The notes under the pieces: model-generated
Told to the model about the DNA's origin: nothing
Databases searched by the model: none
What the model saw: only the letters and a program-made list of their open reading frames with translations
Shown here: positions 14,501 to 26,315 of the stretch, one piece after another
Layout: each line of letters opens with the position of its first letter
Numbering within the stretch: the first letter of the stretch is position 1
Position numbers and translations under genes: made by a program
Assembly (NCBI GenBank): GCA_964057225.1
Contig: OZ059894.1
Location: 14,446,001-14,510,000, forward strand
Direction of reading: 5' to 3'
DNA length: 64,000 nucleotides
Origin: Auanema rhodensis
Lineage: Eukaryota; Animalia; Nematoda

Positions 14501-15367
14501 GCTACTAAGGTTTGTAATGCTTTTTTTCTCAGTTTTTAATGTTTGGATTCAAAATTTTTTTCTTTTTGTATGTGTACTGGCTAAGTTTCAATATGACTTT
14601 CTTGAAGTCTTGATCGAAACAATGACAAAGGGTTACATGCATACAACGTTGAATACATTTGAGGTATTCGAATGTGCATACGAAAACACATGCTGTTCAA
14701 TTCTGAATAATGAACTGCTGTGAATGGATAACTGGCATGCTTATAGTAGTGTGTATATAAAGGAGAGTGTGCGTGCATTTAGAGATCTGTGTAAGATGAC
14801 CAGAAACCGGACCATAACAGCAAAATCTGCATTGACACCACTATGATGGCTGCATCGACAACACTAGAGTACCTGCGACAAACGCATGGATGGTGATCAC
14901 GACAACGATGACCATGTCGTCGACCCAAATAGAGAGAGGATCACGGCAGGCTAAGTGTCAGATCGTCACATATTACCGAATCACAATTTTTCTCTATTCG
15001 TGGTTGAGGGATTTCATCGTAATTTTCCGATAGAAAAATTCTCACAAAAAAAAATGAGAGGGGTGAACAAACCACAGAAAAAAAATTTTTTCTCATTCTA
15101 CTGAAAATTCTATGGGACCGTCGTAATAAAATAAAATGAATTGTGAGCTCTTCGTAATTCCCAGTTAATTACTCATTTTGATTTCAATATAAAAGAGAAA
15201 ATATCAGTTTAGAAAACAAAACAATTATATGTAATACTTCTATACCAAGCGTTAAACATTCTTGATCCGAGTGGACTATGGATGAAGTTCTAATTAAATG
15301 TCTAGACAGATTCAAGTTATACGCATATAAGAAGAATTTTTATCGGGGAAACATACGGTTTTAGTAG

Positions 15368-15843
15368 TATAGTAAAGATTGGCAAACATAATCACATCTG
15401 TTTGAAGTATGATGATATTTCATTGTACTTTGCACCATATTCTGGCCGGAATCTTGCATAAGATGTTGTATTGGATAAGTTATTAAGTTATAGTGATGTC
15501 ATATTTTATTTTAATTCTTCAAACAACGTTGGTAAAGCTACGTGATTTGACGTGAAACGTAATTTTATTTATAATTTTTTCAGAAGTATAGGTTGCATTT
15601 ATTTTGTAAAATTTTCCAAAAAGAACTTTAAGCTATTTTAACCCCTTTAAAATGTATTGAAAAATATTTAACCTAGCAAATGTTTCTGATATTATTTATT
15701 TGCAAGATTATAATATCTAATCTACAATGTTTTCCATTTTAATGATCATCGCAGCCATAAGAAGAAGAAGAAAATACATGCCTAACCCATTTTCATGCTT
15801 CTCTCAAGCTCATTAAATGTTTCAGAAGATACAGTTATTTAAG
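15368..15843. repeat. Left copy of a 476-bp inverted repeat (partner 19161-19636)
   Basis: Reverse complement of 19161-19636, with no mismatch noticed by eye. Confidence 0.95.
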
Positions 15844-16338
15844 CACGCAACGCGTTGGGTGGAGTGAAAGAGAGTGTCGCGCTGTGCAGGGATGCAAAGG
15901 AAGGAGAGAAATTGTCAAAATCGCATTCTTTCCTTAACTTGAGACTTCCCTTTTTCTGTAGTTCTCGTTAGTTTCGTAATTATCGCTGTGGTTTCTCTTT
16001 TTTGGCATTTTGTTCTACTTTTAAAAATAATTTTCCATCAAAAAAGTAAGAATTTACATAAACATGAGGTACTTGTGCCTTTTAAGTTATAAATTCAGTT
16101 GTGTTTAAATTCATGATTAAAAAGTTTTTTTAACTGTTTCGATTTATTGCATTCGGATGAAATTTCAAAAAACTTTCCATTTTGAAAACTATCTTCTTTT
16201 TTAGTGTTTGAAAAATTATTAATTATGGATTTTTTCAAGCTATTGAAATGCTTTCATCAAATCTGTTATAAGGATCAAAATGAAGATCGGTATGTTTTGT
16301 TTATGTTTTATTTTACTAGTCAATAATCTTATTTTCAG

Positions 16339-17417
16339 TATATTGTTGTTCAAGCGAACGATCGAGTTGTTAAAGTTACTGCTGATGACGATGGAACCGT
16401 TAGCAAAGACACTCTTCGTTCTGCTTTCCAACTTGAAGCTGATGTACCGATTGGTCTATTCAAGGGCGGCAAAGCTTTAAAGTAAGTTTTTGAAGGTTTT
16501 GTTAAGATTTTACGATTTAAGACTACGATTTTCCGTTAGCAATTTTAAATAAAATTTTGAACAAACTTTTAATGTAAAATTTTAGATGTCGACAGGATTT
16601 ATTCGAGTTGGAAAATAATTGGACCGGACAGGAGTTCGAGTTACAATGGAAAGAAGCCCGACGATCGCGGCCAGCCCCACCGATGTCTGTGGAATTCGAA
16701 AAAGTAGAAAGTATGATATATTTCTATTAAATGCTTGAAAACAATAATTTAGGAACCCAGAAAGTAATCAGTGAATGGGAGAACCGAGTCTTCATGGTGT
16801 CTGGCGATGGTCTACAAGGCACTGGAATTTTTATATCGCATCAACAAATTTTAACCGCTGCACATCTCCACTTCAAGATCGACAAGTCTTATACCGTCCG
16901 AGGAACAAATGATCGTTGCTTCAGTGCCAAATGCGAATATATTTCGAAAAAATATGATTTAACAAATATGTGACTATGGTATGACTTTATTTTTGAGTTC
17001 ATAAAATTTGCAGAAAATCTTTTTTTAAATATTATTAACTATTATTTAGGGGTATCCCAATGGCATTGTCAGTTCAAAACCGTCTGTTGCAAAAGGGATT
17101 ATGGAAGGAATGATGGACGATCAAATTCACTTAGGTAAGAATGATTATACTTTATTTATTTATTATCATTATTTTTTATAATTAATCATGATAAAACAAA
17201 TTTTTCAGTTGGAGTTCCTGGATCAAGACGTGGTTATTCTGGAGCGCCGATTATCAACTATTCTGGATGTTTGACTGGGATTTTGCTCGGTGGTTCACCC
17301 GATGTGCATATTGACACAACGATTCGTGAATGTCTGGAGCCATTGGCGGAACAGAAATATACTCGAATTTTGGGAATCACTAACGTTTACATCATCTTCA
17401 GTGAAGGTTTAGTTTAA
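16339..17417 (+). pseudogene. Intracellular trypsin-like serine protease (wosp-like) with a small N-terminal domain; frameshifted
   Basis: Exons encode YIVVQANDRVVKVTADDDGTV..., GTGIFISHQQILTAAH (His), KKYDL (Asp), GYPNG and GSRRGYSGAPII (Ser). After YDL the frame stops at TGA 16971-16973 while NKYVTM|GYP continues in another frame. I found no in-frame start by canonical splicing. Confidence 0.8.
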
Positions 17418-19160
17418 TTGATTTTAACTTTTTAGTAAATTCGGACACGGAAAGTTAAATTAATCACAGATTTTCATTTTTATTGTTTAAGTGCTTATAT
17501 TTGCTTATGTGTTATGTTAACGTTTAAGTTTAAATAAAATAATTATACCTTTTCATTTATTGAGCTTATTTCTTATCTTCAGAGATAATACCACTTTCAG
17601 CGGTTCCAAAAAGAGACTACCACTTTCTTTCTAAAATCGCTATCCTTGATATTTCTAAAAGTGTGAAAAATGACACATTTTTGAGTATTTAAGTATGAAA
17701 ATAGAAAATTAAAAAATAAAATCGCCATCCCAACAAAAATTGGTTGAAAATGTACAAAAATTATTGAAAATGAGCACTTTTTCAGACTTTAAAAATTGCT
17801 CATTTTGTATTTTTTTCAAAAAAGTGTTGTAAATGAGGTGATTTTCTGACTTAAGAGAATGAAAATGTATTGATAAGATTGAAAAGACTGAAATGTCGAA
17901 AAATGGTAGTATAATCCCTCATTACTATACTACTGGTTTTGCGTCAAATGCCTCGATCCTCTTTTATACGAACATGTCTTGTTCGGTTGCTTAATTTCTC
18001 TTTTTCCATTTTAGTATCGTGATGTCTTCACCTTCTTATTCCATTTGTCGTTTTCCTCTTCGTTGTGTTCTTCTTCTGTTAATGTCATCGTCCTCCGTGG
18101 TCATGAATAACGACGACAACGACAACGACAACGACGACGGCGACCACAACCATGAATCTAAAACGACCCTTTAGTTCCGCAGTCTGATCATAGTCGCAGT
18201 CCGGTCCTTGAAGATAGGATTCTGTTTGGTGGTTTTGAGTATCACACAAAACCTTTGTGTGTGTCTGTTTTTTTATTGCCAAAAAAGAAAGAAATCAATA
18301 GAAAAATCAACAAAAAAAGAAGTACAATCTTTTATACTTGATAGAAACTTTAAAAAAGAACACAGTAATGTTTTAGACATAATGTTCTTAGTATTTAGAT
18401 AGAATTGATAATCTTTGAAATAAGGGGAACAATCTGCAAAAAAAAAATTATATGAATGGAACAAATTTTAATTCCAACTTTTTTTAGGTGTAATATTTTG
18501 TAAACAGCTTCTGAAAAAAAGTTATATTTCAAAAGATTGAGAGTTTCTTTGATAACATTTTGTTCTTGTTAATAGTTTATCAGAATTGCGCAGTCGGGTG
18601 AGCCTGTGGGGGTACCTTCGGTATGTTTACTGATTACAAATTATGTGAATGCATGTGAATTAAACATTATAGTAGGTTAGGATAAGGATGCTCCATCTAA
18701 AAGTAATGGTGCCATCAGTAAAATCGGGATCAGGTGAGGGTTTGTTGATAACCGCTTATGTTTTCCTCATGATACCATCTTCACTGTCAGTTGTCATTTC
18801 AATGCCGTTGGTAGACTTAGTTAGTGTCCCATACCAAGGTCGCAATGTTTTTTTAGCCTTTCTTGTTCTTTCTGCCTGTTTTTTGTTGTTTTGGAATTAT
18901 ATTTTCTTTTATTCGCATGTTCTAGAAAAATCTTCCTACTACGAATTTCCTGTATTTATATTGAAAGTACAAAGCGTCTAAATATTATTTTCTCACATTT
19001 CTAGCAACAAGCTATTCAATAACTCTTTTAAAAATAGGCAGCAAAGAACATGTCATCATAGAAATCTTTGTTGTATTTCAATTTGTTTCTATATATATAT
19101 GAGAGAGAGAGAGAGAAAGAGAAAGAGGGAGAGATGGAGAAAGATTAGCCAGTCAACCTT

Positions 19161-19636
19161 CTTAAATAACTGTATCTTCTGAAACATTTAATGAGCTTGA
19201 GAGAAGCATGAAAATGGGTTAGGCATGTATTTTCTTCTTCTTCTTATGGCTGCGATGATCATTAAAATGGAAAACATTGTAGATTAGATATTATAATCTT
19301 GCAAATAAATAATATCAGAAACATTTGCTAGGTTAAATATTTTTCAATACATTTTAAAGGGGTTAAAATAGCTTAAAGTTCTTTTTGGAAAATTTTACAA
19401 AATAAATGCAACCTATACTTCTGAAAAAATTATAAATAAAATTACGTTTCACGTCAAATCACGTAGCTTTACCAACGTTGTTTGAAGAATTAAAATAAAA
19501 TATGACATCACTATAACTTAATAACTTATCCAATACAACATCTTATGCAAGATTCCGGCCAGAATATGGTGCAAAGTACAATGAAATATCATCATACTTC
19601 AAACAGATGTGATTATGTTTGCCAATCTTTACTATA
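19161..19636. repeat. Right copy of the 476-bp inverted repeat, directly upstream of the SCCPDH-like gene
   Basis: cttaaataac...ctttactata is the reverse complement of 15368-15843. Confidence 0.95.
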
Positions 19637-19713
19637 TTGCGAAACATTATGTTCTGTTTTTCACTATATTTCTATTTCGGTATACCATTGAAATTTCTTA
19701 AAATTTCAGTACG

Positions 19714-21486
19714 ATGTACGATTTGGTTATTTACGGAGCCACAGGATTCACTGGTGCTTATGTAGTTGAACAACTTGTTAACTCAAAATTGTTCAAGGTA
19801 TTTTTCATTTCCAATTGATTCAATATAATCTATCACGTAACATTATGATGTTTTAAGTTCGTAAATGCTTTTTAGGATGTTAAGTTTGCCGTTGCCGGTC
19901 GTAGCGAATCAAAATTGCGTAAGATCTTGAGTGATATTTCTGATAAGACAGGTTAGATTAGTTCTTCTTTTTAGTTTATCTATTGAAAGAAATAATGTGT
20001 TATCTACTGTGTAGTTGGTAATTTATTTGAACAATTACTTTCTAGGGAAAAACATTCGTGACACTCCTGTTATTGTTGCTGATACCAAGGATGAACAAAG
20101 CTTAATTAGCATGGCCAAGCAAGCCAAAGTTATCATTAATGCTGTCGGACCAGTATGAGAATCGCTGCTGAATTTGTAATTGTTGAGATGCTATTTTAGT
20201 ATCGTCTTCACGGAGAGTCCGTTGTCAAAGCTGCTGTGGAAAATGGAGCTTCACACGTCGACATTTCCGGAGAGCCAGCATATTTAGAAAAAATGCAAGA
20301 CAAGTATGCTGAAACTGCCAAAAAAAATGTTAGCCTTGTGTACATTTCCTTAAAAATATATTCTTTCTTAGAACGTTTATATTGTTGGAGCTTGTGGATG
20401 GGATTCTATCCCATGTGATTTGGGAATTAATTTCTTGAAAAATAATTTCAGTGGAGACTTGAATCATGCTGAAACATTCGTTCAATTAAATAATGGACCA
20501 GAAGTAGATTAATCTTCATATAAATAAGACAACACTTGAAATGTTTGCAGGGTTATGCTATCAATGCTGGAACATATCAAACTCTTATCTTGGGAATTAG
20601 TGAAGCAGCTAAGGATGGACTTGGAGGAATCCGCCGCAGAATTATGCCTGTCAAGATACCTCGTTCTAATGTTAAAGCACCAAAGAGGTAGATTTAGAAC
20701 ATTCATTTCATATCTTATATTAAAACTTCAGATCAACTTTATGGCAAGTTGATGAACCCGTCATTGGCGGATGGGCCTTACCTTTCATGGGATCTGATAA
20801 ATCTGTTGTTCAACGATCTCAATATTTCGGGTATACTTTGGATGGAAAGCGTCCAGCTCAAGTTGAAACTTACCTCCGCATATCATCCTTCCTCTGGGCA
20901 GCTCTTTTCATGGCTTGGTTAACTGTTTTCTTCTTCCTGTGCATGTTCAAGCCAACTAGAAAGTTCCTTCAAGCTTATCCTGATTTATGCAGTTTCAATC
21001 TTTTCAAGGTATTCTTATCGTTCAAGCATGAGTAAACTACTAATTTTTAGAACTCTGGACCCACTCAAGCTCAGATGGAAGGTGCTTCCTTCACATACTG
21101 GCTTGTGGGAACTGGTTTCAACCAATCACTTCCTGCTGATGAATTACACAGCGAGAAGCCAAACAAGAAGGTAAATTTCATGCTTTACATCTCAGCAAAA
21201 TCTATGAATTTCAGGTAATCGCTAAATGCGAGGGACCTGACTGCGGTTACTTGGCTACTTCCGGATGTGTCTTATCATCAGCCTTATCTATTTTGAAGGA
21301 TAAGGATACTTTACCCGCTGAGTAATTTAATGTAGAGTTATAGTTAATCTGATTCAAATACTTTTCAGCGGAGGAGTCTATACAACTGCTGCTGCTTTTG
21401 GAAAAACAAAGATCTATGAATACTTGTCTTCTTTTGGAATTAAGTTTTCAAAAGTAACCGAGGAAGAGCTTAAGAACAAACATTAG
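19714..21486 (+). CDS. SCCPDH: Saccharopine dehydrogenase-like oxidoreductase
   Basis: MYDLVIYGATGFTG Rossmann motif, FAVAGRSESKL, INAVGPYRLHGE, GACGWDSIPCD, GPDCGYLATS, GGVYTTAAAF. Confidence 0.92.
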
Positions 21487-22876
21487 ATTATTTCTTCTCG
21501 TTTATAATTTATTTTAATTATGTATTAATATTTTTAATAAATTTTCGTATTTAGTTTTAAGTGTAAGAGATTCCAATATTAAATCTACATCTTTTTATTT
21601 CGAAAATATGCATACATTTATAGATAAGCTTGTAACAATCCATTGATTGAGATGTATGTCTATAGAGATTAGTTCGCATTAAAACAAGAAATATCTCTGC
21701 TTTTATCATAATTCTTTTGTGCCATCTGCCATCTATAATTGTTGAATTACTATATTTTTGCTGTTTTTTTCTTATTTTTCTCGAACAATAGCTTCTCCTC
21801 ATTAAAAGTTATCTCATAATTTAAACTTGATTTTTTCTCTTTGAATAGAAATGAGCTGTACATATCATTCCTTAAAAAGAAAGATCATTTGAAGTCCGGC
21901 TTTATCTATCAATTTTTCCGAGTAATGTCAATTTATATCGCATCAGCCAAAATTATTCACGGAAAACGCTCTCAAACATTCTTCCGGCCTATATCACAGT
22001 TAAGACCTATGATCTAATTATGTATATTTCAAGCCTTATGACGTTCATCTCTGTTATTTTCTTATCCAATAGCTCATACTTTGTCTCATGGAAAGAAGAC
22101 CTTTCTCAAATATAATCCGTTAGGGAGAGAATAGTCTTCGGAGCTTCCGCCTATTCAAACTGCTTCCAATTTTCTTCTTTTTCGACTTTTATTACAAACG
22201 AACCTATATTTGATATGATTCTTGTGATTTTTAACAAGATATATGTATATACATACTCCTTAAGCACTTTGCTAATTCAATCAAATTTTTTTTATTTTTA
22301 AATTGAATGAATCAAAAATGTGTTTTTTCATATTCAAAGGGCATGTTAACAGTCTTTGTATATCTCTTCCGAATATCAAAACATTATTCAAATATAAAAA
22401 AGTAGAAGTCTAGATTTCATTTCGTGTAAATCGGGTTTTCGAATGTTTTCTAGAATAGAGAGGACTATCGCTGACTTTAGGTTTATCTATTAATCCACTA
22501 CTTAGAGCTTCATCTGCTTCATCCTTTTTTTTGATTATCCAAGCTATAAAATGGAGATATATACAAAGTATTTTGTTCTATATTCATATCTTGGTCAATA
22601 TAACTCCAATCTTTATCATTTTTATATATTTGTCACCTAACTAATCCGGAATTGACGTAGGAGCAACTTAATTCCCTTAATTCGAAAGTAGAAAGCGTCA
22701 ATGAAATTGATGGCAGCATTTATCACACAATGAACTCATTTTCACGTGTACACTCAGTTATAACTTGCTATGAATAGAATTTTTCTTGTTTCTCACATTA
22801 TCATCTTACCGTTCTTGTATATCATTTTGAAAGATTTCAGAGTTTTCCGGAATGTACCACTAAGTAGCCACTGGAA

Positions 22877-24386
22877 TGAGAATTCTGTCTGCTTTTTTCA
22901 CTGTTTTGTTCACTTTTATTAACCCAGTTATGCTTGTGAAAGGTTAGTTTCTATGAAGCCTATATGGTATATGAATGTATTTAAGTTGTTTCGGAAATGG
23001 AGAAATTTTTTGAAAATGATCGTAATTCTCCTCCACACTTACAATTACATGCTGTTGAATTATTAGTTTCATTTGTGGTTACGAACAATCTGGGATCTCG
23101 GTTAAAAACAGCCGTTTTGATTTTAGGTTTTTCCTATTCAAAGTAATTGCTTTCTTTATGTTTTGTTTCCTTTTCAGTGACGTTAATGTCATTCCTGCAC
23201 ATCGTTTTTTCTGTGCTTAGTCTTTATGGAATTTATTCCTGTAGACCCATATTTATGAGGCCTCTTCTCATAGATGTTTTTTTGAGCTTTGTAAGTTTTC
23301 TATTCTGCAAATATTTTTTTATTATTCTTTTTTTTACAGTTAATTCTTGCTGGTTTTGTTACATTCTCGCTATCAATATATTGGATTCTCAATACCAATG
23401 GCACCATCAAAGATCACGATGCTCTCAAAATTTATTTAAGGCTAGCTAAAAGACACTTACTGCTATGACATATTTATTTTTAGAAATGTTTATGTAGGAT
23501 CTGCGTTTCTCTTAGCTTATATTGTTTGGTTAATAATATCATGGGCTGGTTTTAAGTGAGTTTCTTGATACCCTCAATATGACGAAAAAATCCCGAAAAG
23601 AAATAAATAACTGTAAAAAACGATTTGAAACAACCGCTACTGGAGGCTGTCATTGATTGAAATGATGAGATTGGGCGCTCACGTGATCCACGCAGACGGG
23701 CGAGCACGTAAACATGATCTGACCACTTATCTCCTTACCACGTGAAGCACGTGTTAGTACCACAAGTGTTTCGTAAATGAAATTTACGAAACTTATTGAA
23801 AAGATAGTAAACTATTAACTTACATAGAGATATAGCAAAATATAAAAAAATGACTATTTTTCATATTTTGCAGAGATACAAGGAAAATGCATGCAGATTT
23901 TATGTATTGGATAGTAGAAGAACGAATGTCATTGAAATCACAGCAACACAACGTGTCCATTGATAATAGGTAAACTTACTTTCTATAAAGCTCAAACTTT
24001 ATCGACAACGTATGTTTGTAAAAGATGCACTAATAGGGCATGTTCGAACCCGTTATCAGCAATACAACATCTGGATCGATAAAATCTAAAACGTGCCTCA
24101 ATAAAACAGAGTGAAAGCTAAAAAATAATAATTACTAAAACGTGTTTTGATCATGTGCGTGGATACTCAGCATAAAATTTCTGAATAGCATGTTTCTTAG
24201 CATCGACTTTAGTGAATATGTTTCAGTGCTCAAAAATCTGATAGATCATCAAAAGGATCAAAAGCTAGCAGCCGAAGTGTCAAATCAGAACGATGGGCTT
24301 TGTCAAGACCGAATTCAGTATCAACCAGTGTTTGCAGTAACAAACGAACAAGTTTAGCTAATGCACGACTCTCTGTCCCATTATGA
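22877..24386 (+). CDS. Multi-pass membrane protein of unknown function (5' structure uncertain)
   Basis: Hydrophobic exons HIVFSVLSLYGIYSCRPIFMRP, LILAGFVTFSLSIYW and VGSAFLLAYIVWLIISW, followed by a Ser/basic tail ending ...ARLSVPL*. Confidence 0.6.
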
Positions 24387-26315
24387 ATAACAATCCCAGA
24401 ATTCTGCTAGCTCCCTTATTGAGTCTATTATTTTGCCAAAATGAAAAAGAGGAAGATACGAATTTTAACAATTTTCATACTAAGATCACTTCAATGAATC
24501 AAATGAATAGAATATTAAAGAGAAATAATCAACGTTGAAAGAATCAAGCAAGAGGGATAGCTCTACCATTTCCAAACCGATGCATTGTTGAGATTTCAAT
24601 TTTAAACTTGTACAATATTGCCGTTTTTATCAAAAGAAAAAACTTTATTTTATTGTTATTCTGTTCAGATCTTTTATTTTTATAAACCATATAGCTAGTG
24701 CCATTTAAAGATTATACTTTTTTCCTCATGTTGATCGAAAAATCTGCTTATTCATGTAAAATCGTCCAGGCTTATTTAAATTATTATTACTCAGTTGAAT
24801 CATTGTTCTTCATATTCAGAATTATAAAATGTTTTAAAATACTATTGTTCAAAGACAAACTACGATTATTCCGAGAATATTGAGTTATTAGAGTGAGCAT
24901 AATTATAAAAAGATGACTTACTTATCTAGACAAATGTTGGCAAATGAACATGTGCAGCGAAGCTAATTGTACATGTTCCCAATCCTCTATAATTAATCTG
25001 TTTTTCCTGTTTTTCACTATACAACGTATTTATATATATATATATATAATGTGTATATGCTTCCTATCCATTTATGAATCAACAAACCATTTCTCCTTTG
25101 GTAAGTAAAAAATTATTTGTACGTTTCTTTATGCTACTAAAATCTATGTCAATGCTAGAAAAAATATAATACTAGTGAATACATATATATATAAGAAATT
25201 ATATAATAAAGGTCATTATCGAAATTTTATACCTTTAATTCTTTTTCATATTTGACGATTGTTCGATAAAAATCTATCGTAATTTCTGTTTTTGCCTAGC
25301 TCTATAGAATCATATCGTAACATATGCGAATCTAAAATTCATTGTATTACAACTGCCAAAGCTTATATCACATAAAAATATTCATTATTTCGCTTTTTAG
25401 ACCTTCATTTTTCAAAAAAAAAAGTAAAACGATGAGTCGCTGTTGACATTACTAGCTTGTAGTCAACATGAAATTCTTTTGATCATTTGACCGTGTAGTT
25501 AGTTCGGAGTACTTTTTTTTGCTCCGTGAACACATTATTGATTAACCCCTTTAATGGATTTTAAAAATACTGCTTTTCTTATATCATGGAAGATATTGAA
25601 CATCTAATTGTCTTTACGATGAACTACGAAGAGAAGTTCTTATCTATTGAGACCGTTATGGACAGCAACAATATGAAAAATCCCGAAGACGCTACTTATT
25701 TCCTCGGTTCCCTTGTATATTTGTGCTACTCTTTATTTTTTCTTTAATTAATTTAAGTGTGTGAAATTAATTTCTCTCTGTTAAGACTGATCGAATATTT
25801 AGGAGTTAAAAATAGTTTTGTTAAACATTTTATCAAGTGAAAAGTTTTTTCTCAAAGTTCATTTGATGAGAAGCACGTAGATTTCAAAAGAATGAAGAAT
25901 TAGATAGAGAGGTAGAGAGTAAAAGAGTGCAGAGAGATGATAAATTAGGAAGAGAGGAGGACACATTAAACCCACCCAACCACGTGCTTTGAATATTACT
26001 TGACGCGAATTTTGTGTGCCGGGTAAGCGCCAGCGCGGTGATCCTAAAATTGCTGAATACCTACATAAAAAATTAGGATATTCTTTTAGCCTCTAAATAC
26101 ATATATTAGATATACTAATTTATGCCTCGAGTAATAATGTGTTTCTTACAATTTAACCTGGGTCCTTTCCTCATTCACTCTTTAACTTAGTTGTTTTTAT
26201 CTTTTATTATCAACTCGCTAATCATTTGTCGAATCGTAAGCTAGTGCTATAGGTTGCTGGGGTTCTTCGGAATCGTGGTTACCTTGGATAAGGGTCCCCC
26301 TCAACAATCTGTTGA

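Larger units (their letters stand above)
15363..17934. mobile_element. Non-autonomous Maverick/Polinton-like derivative (2,572 bp) with protease cargo
   Basis: AGTAGTATAGTAA at 15363-15375 and TTACTATACTACT at 17922-17934 (13-bp perfect inverted repeat); GGTTTT direct repeats at 15357-15362 and 17935-17940; no integrase, polB or capsid ORF seen. Confidence 0.8.

Noticed and set aside
18082-18187. Small Asp/Asn-rich ORF next to the element (possible antidote)
   Set aside because: Produced by an (ACGACA)n microsatellite; no splice or homology support.
15368-19636. 4.3-kb Tc1/mariner or foldback element with 476-bp TIRs and a TA target-site duplication
   Set aside because: TA is palindromic and trivially part of the repeat, and no transposase is present. 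The 13-bp AGTAGT termini plus GGTTTT duplication define better-supported boundaries at 15363-17934.
23661-23722. Intronic C/D-box snoRNA (ATGATGA...CTGA)
   Set aside because: No terminal stem or rRNA guide that I can recognise; the E-box cluster explains the composition.
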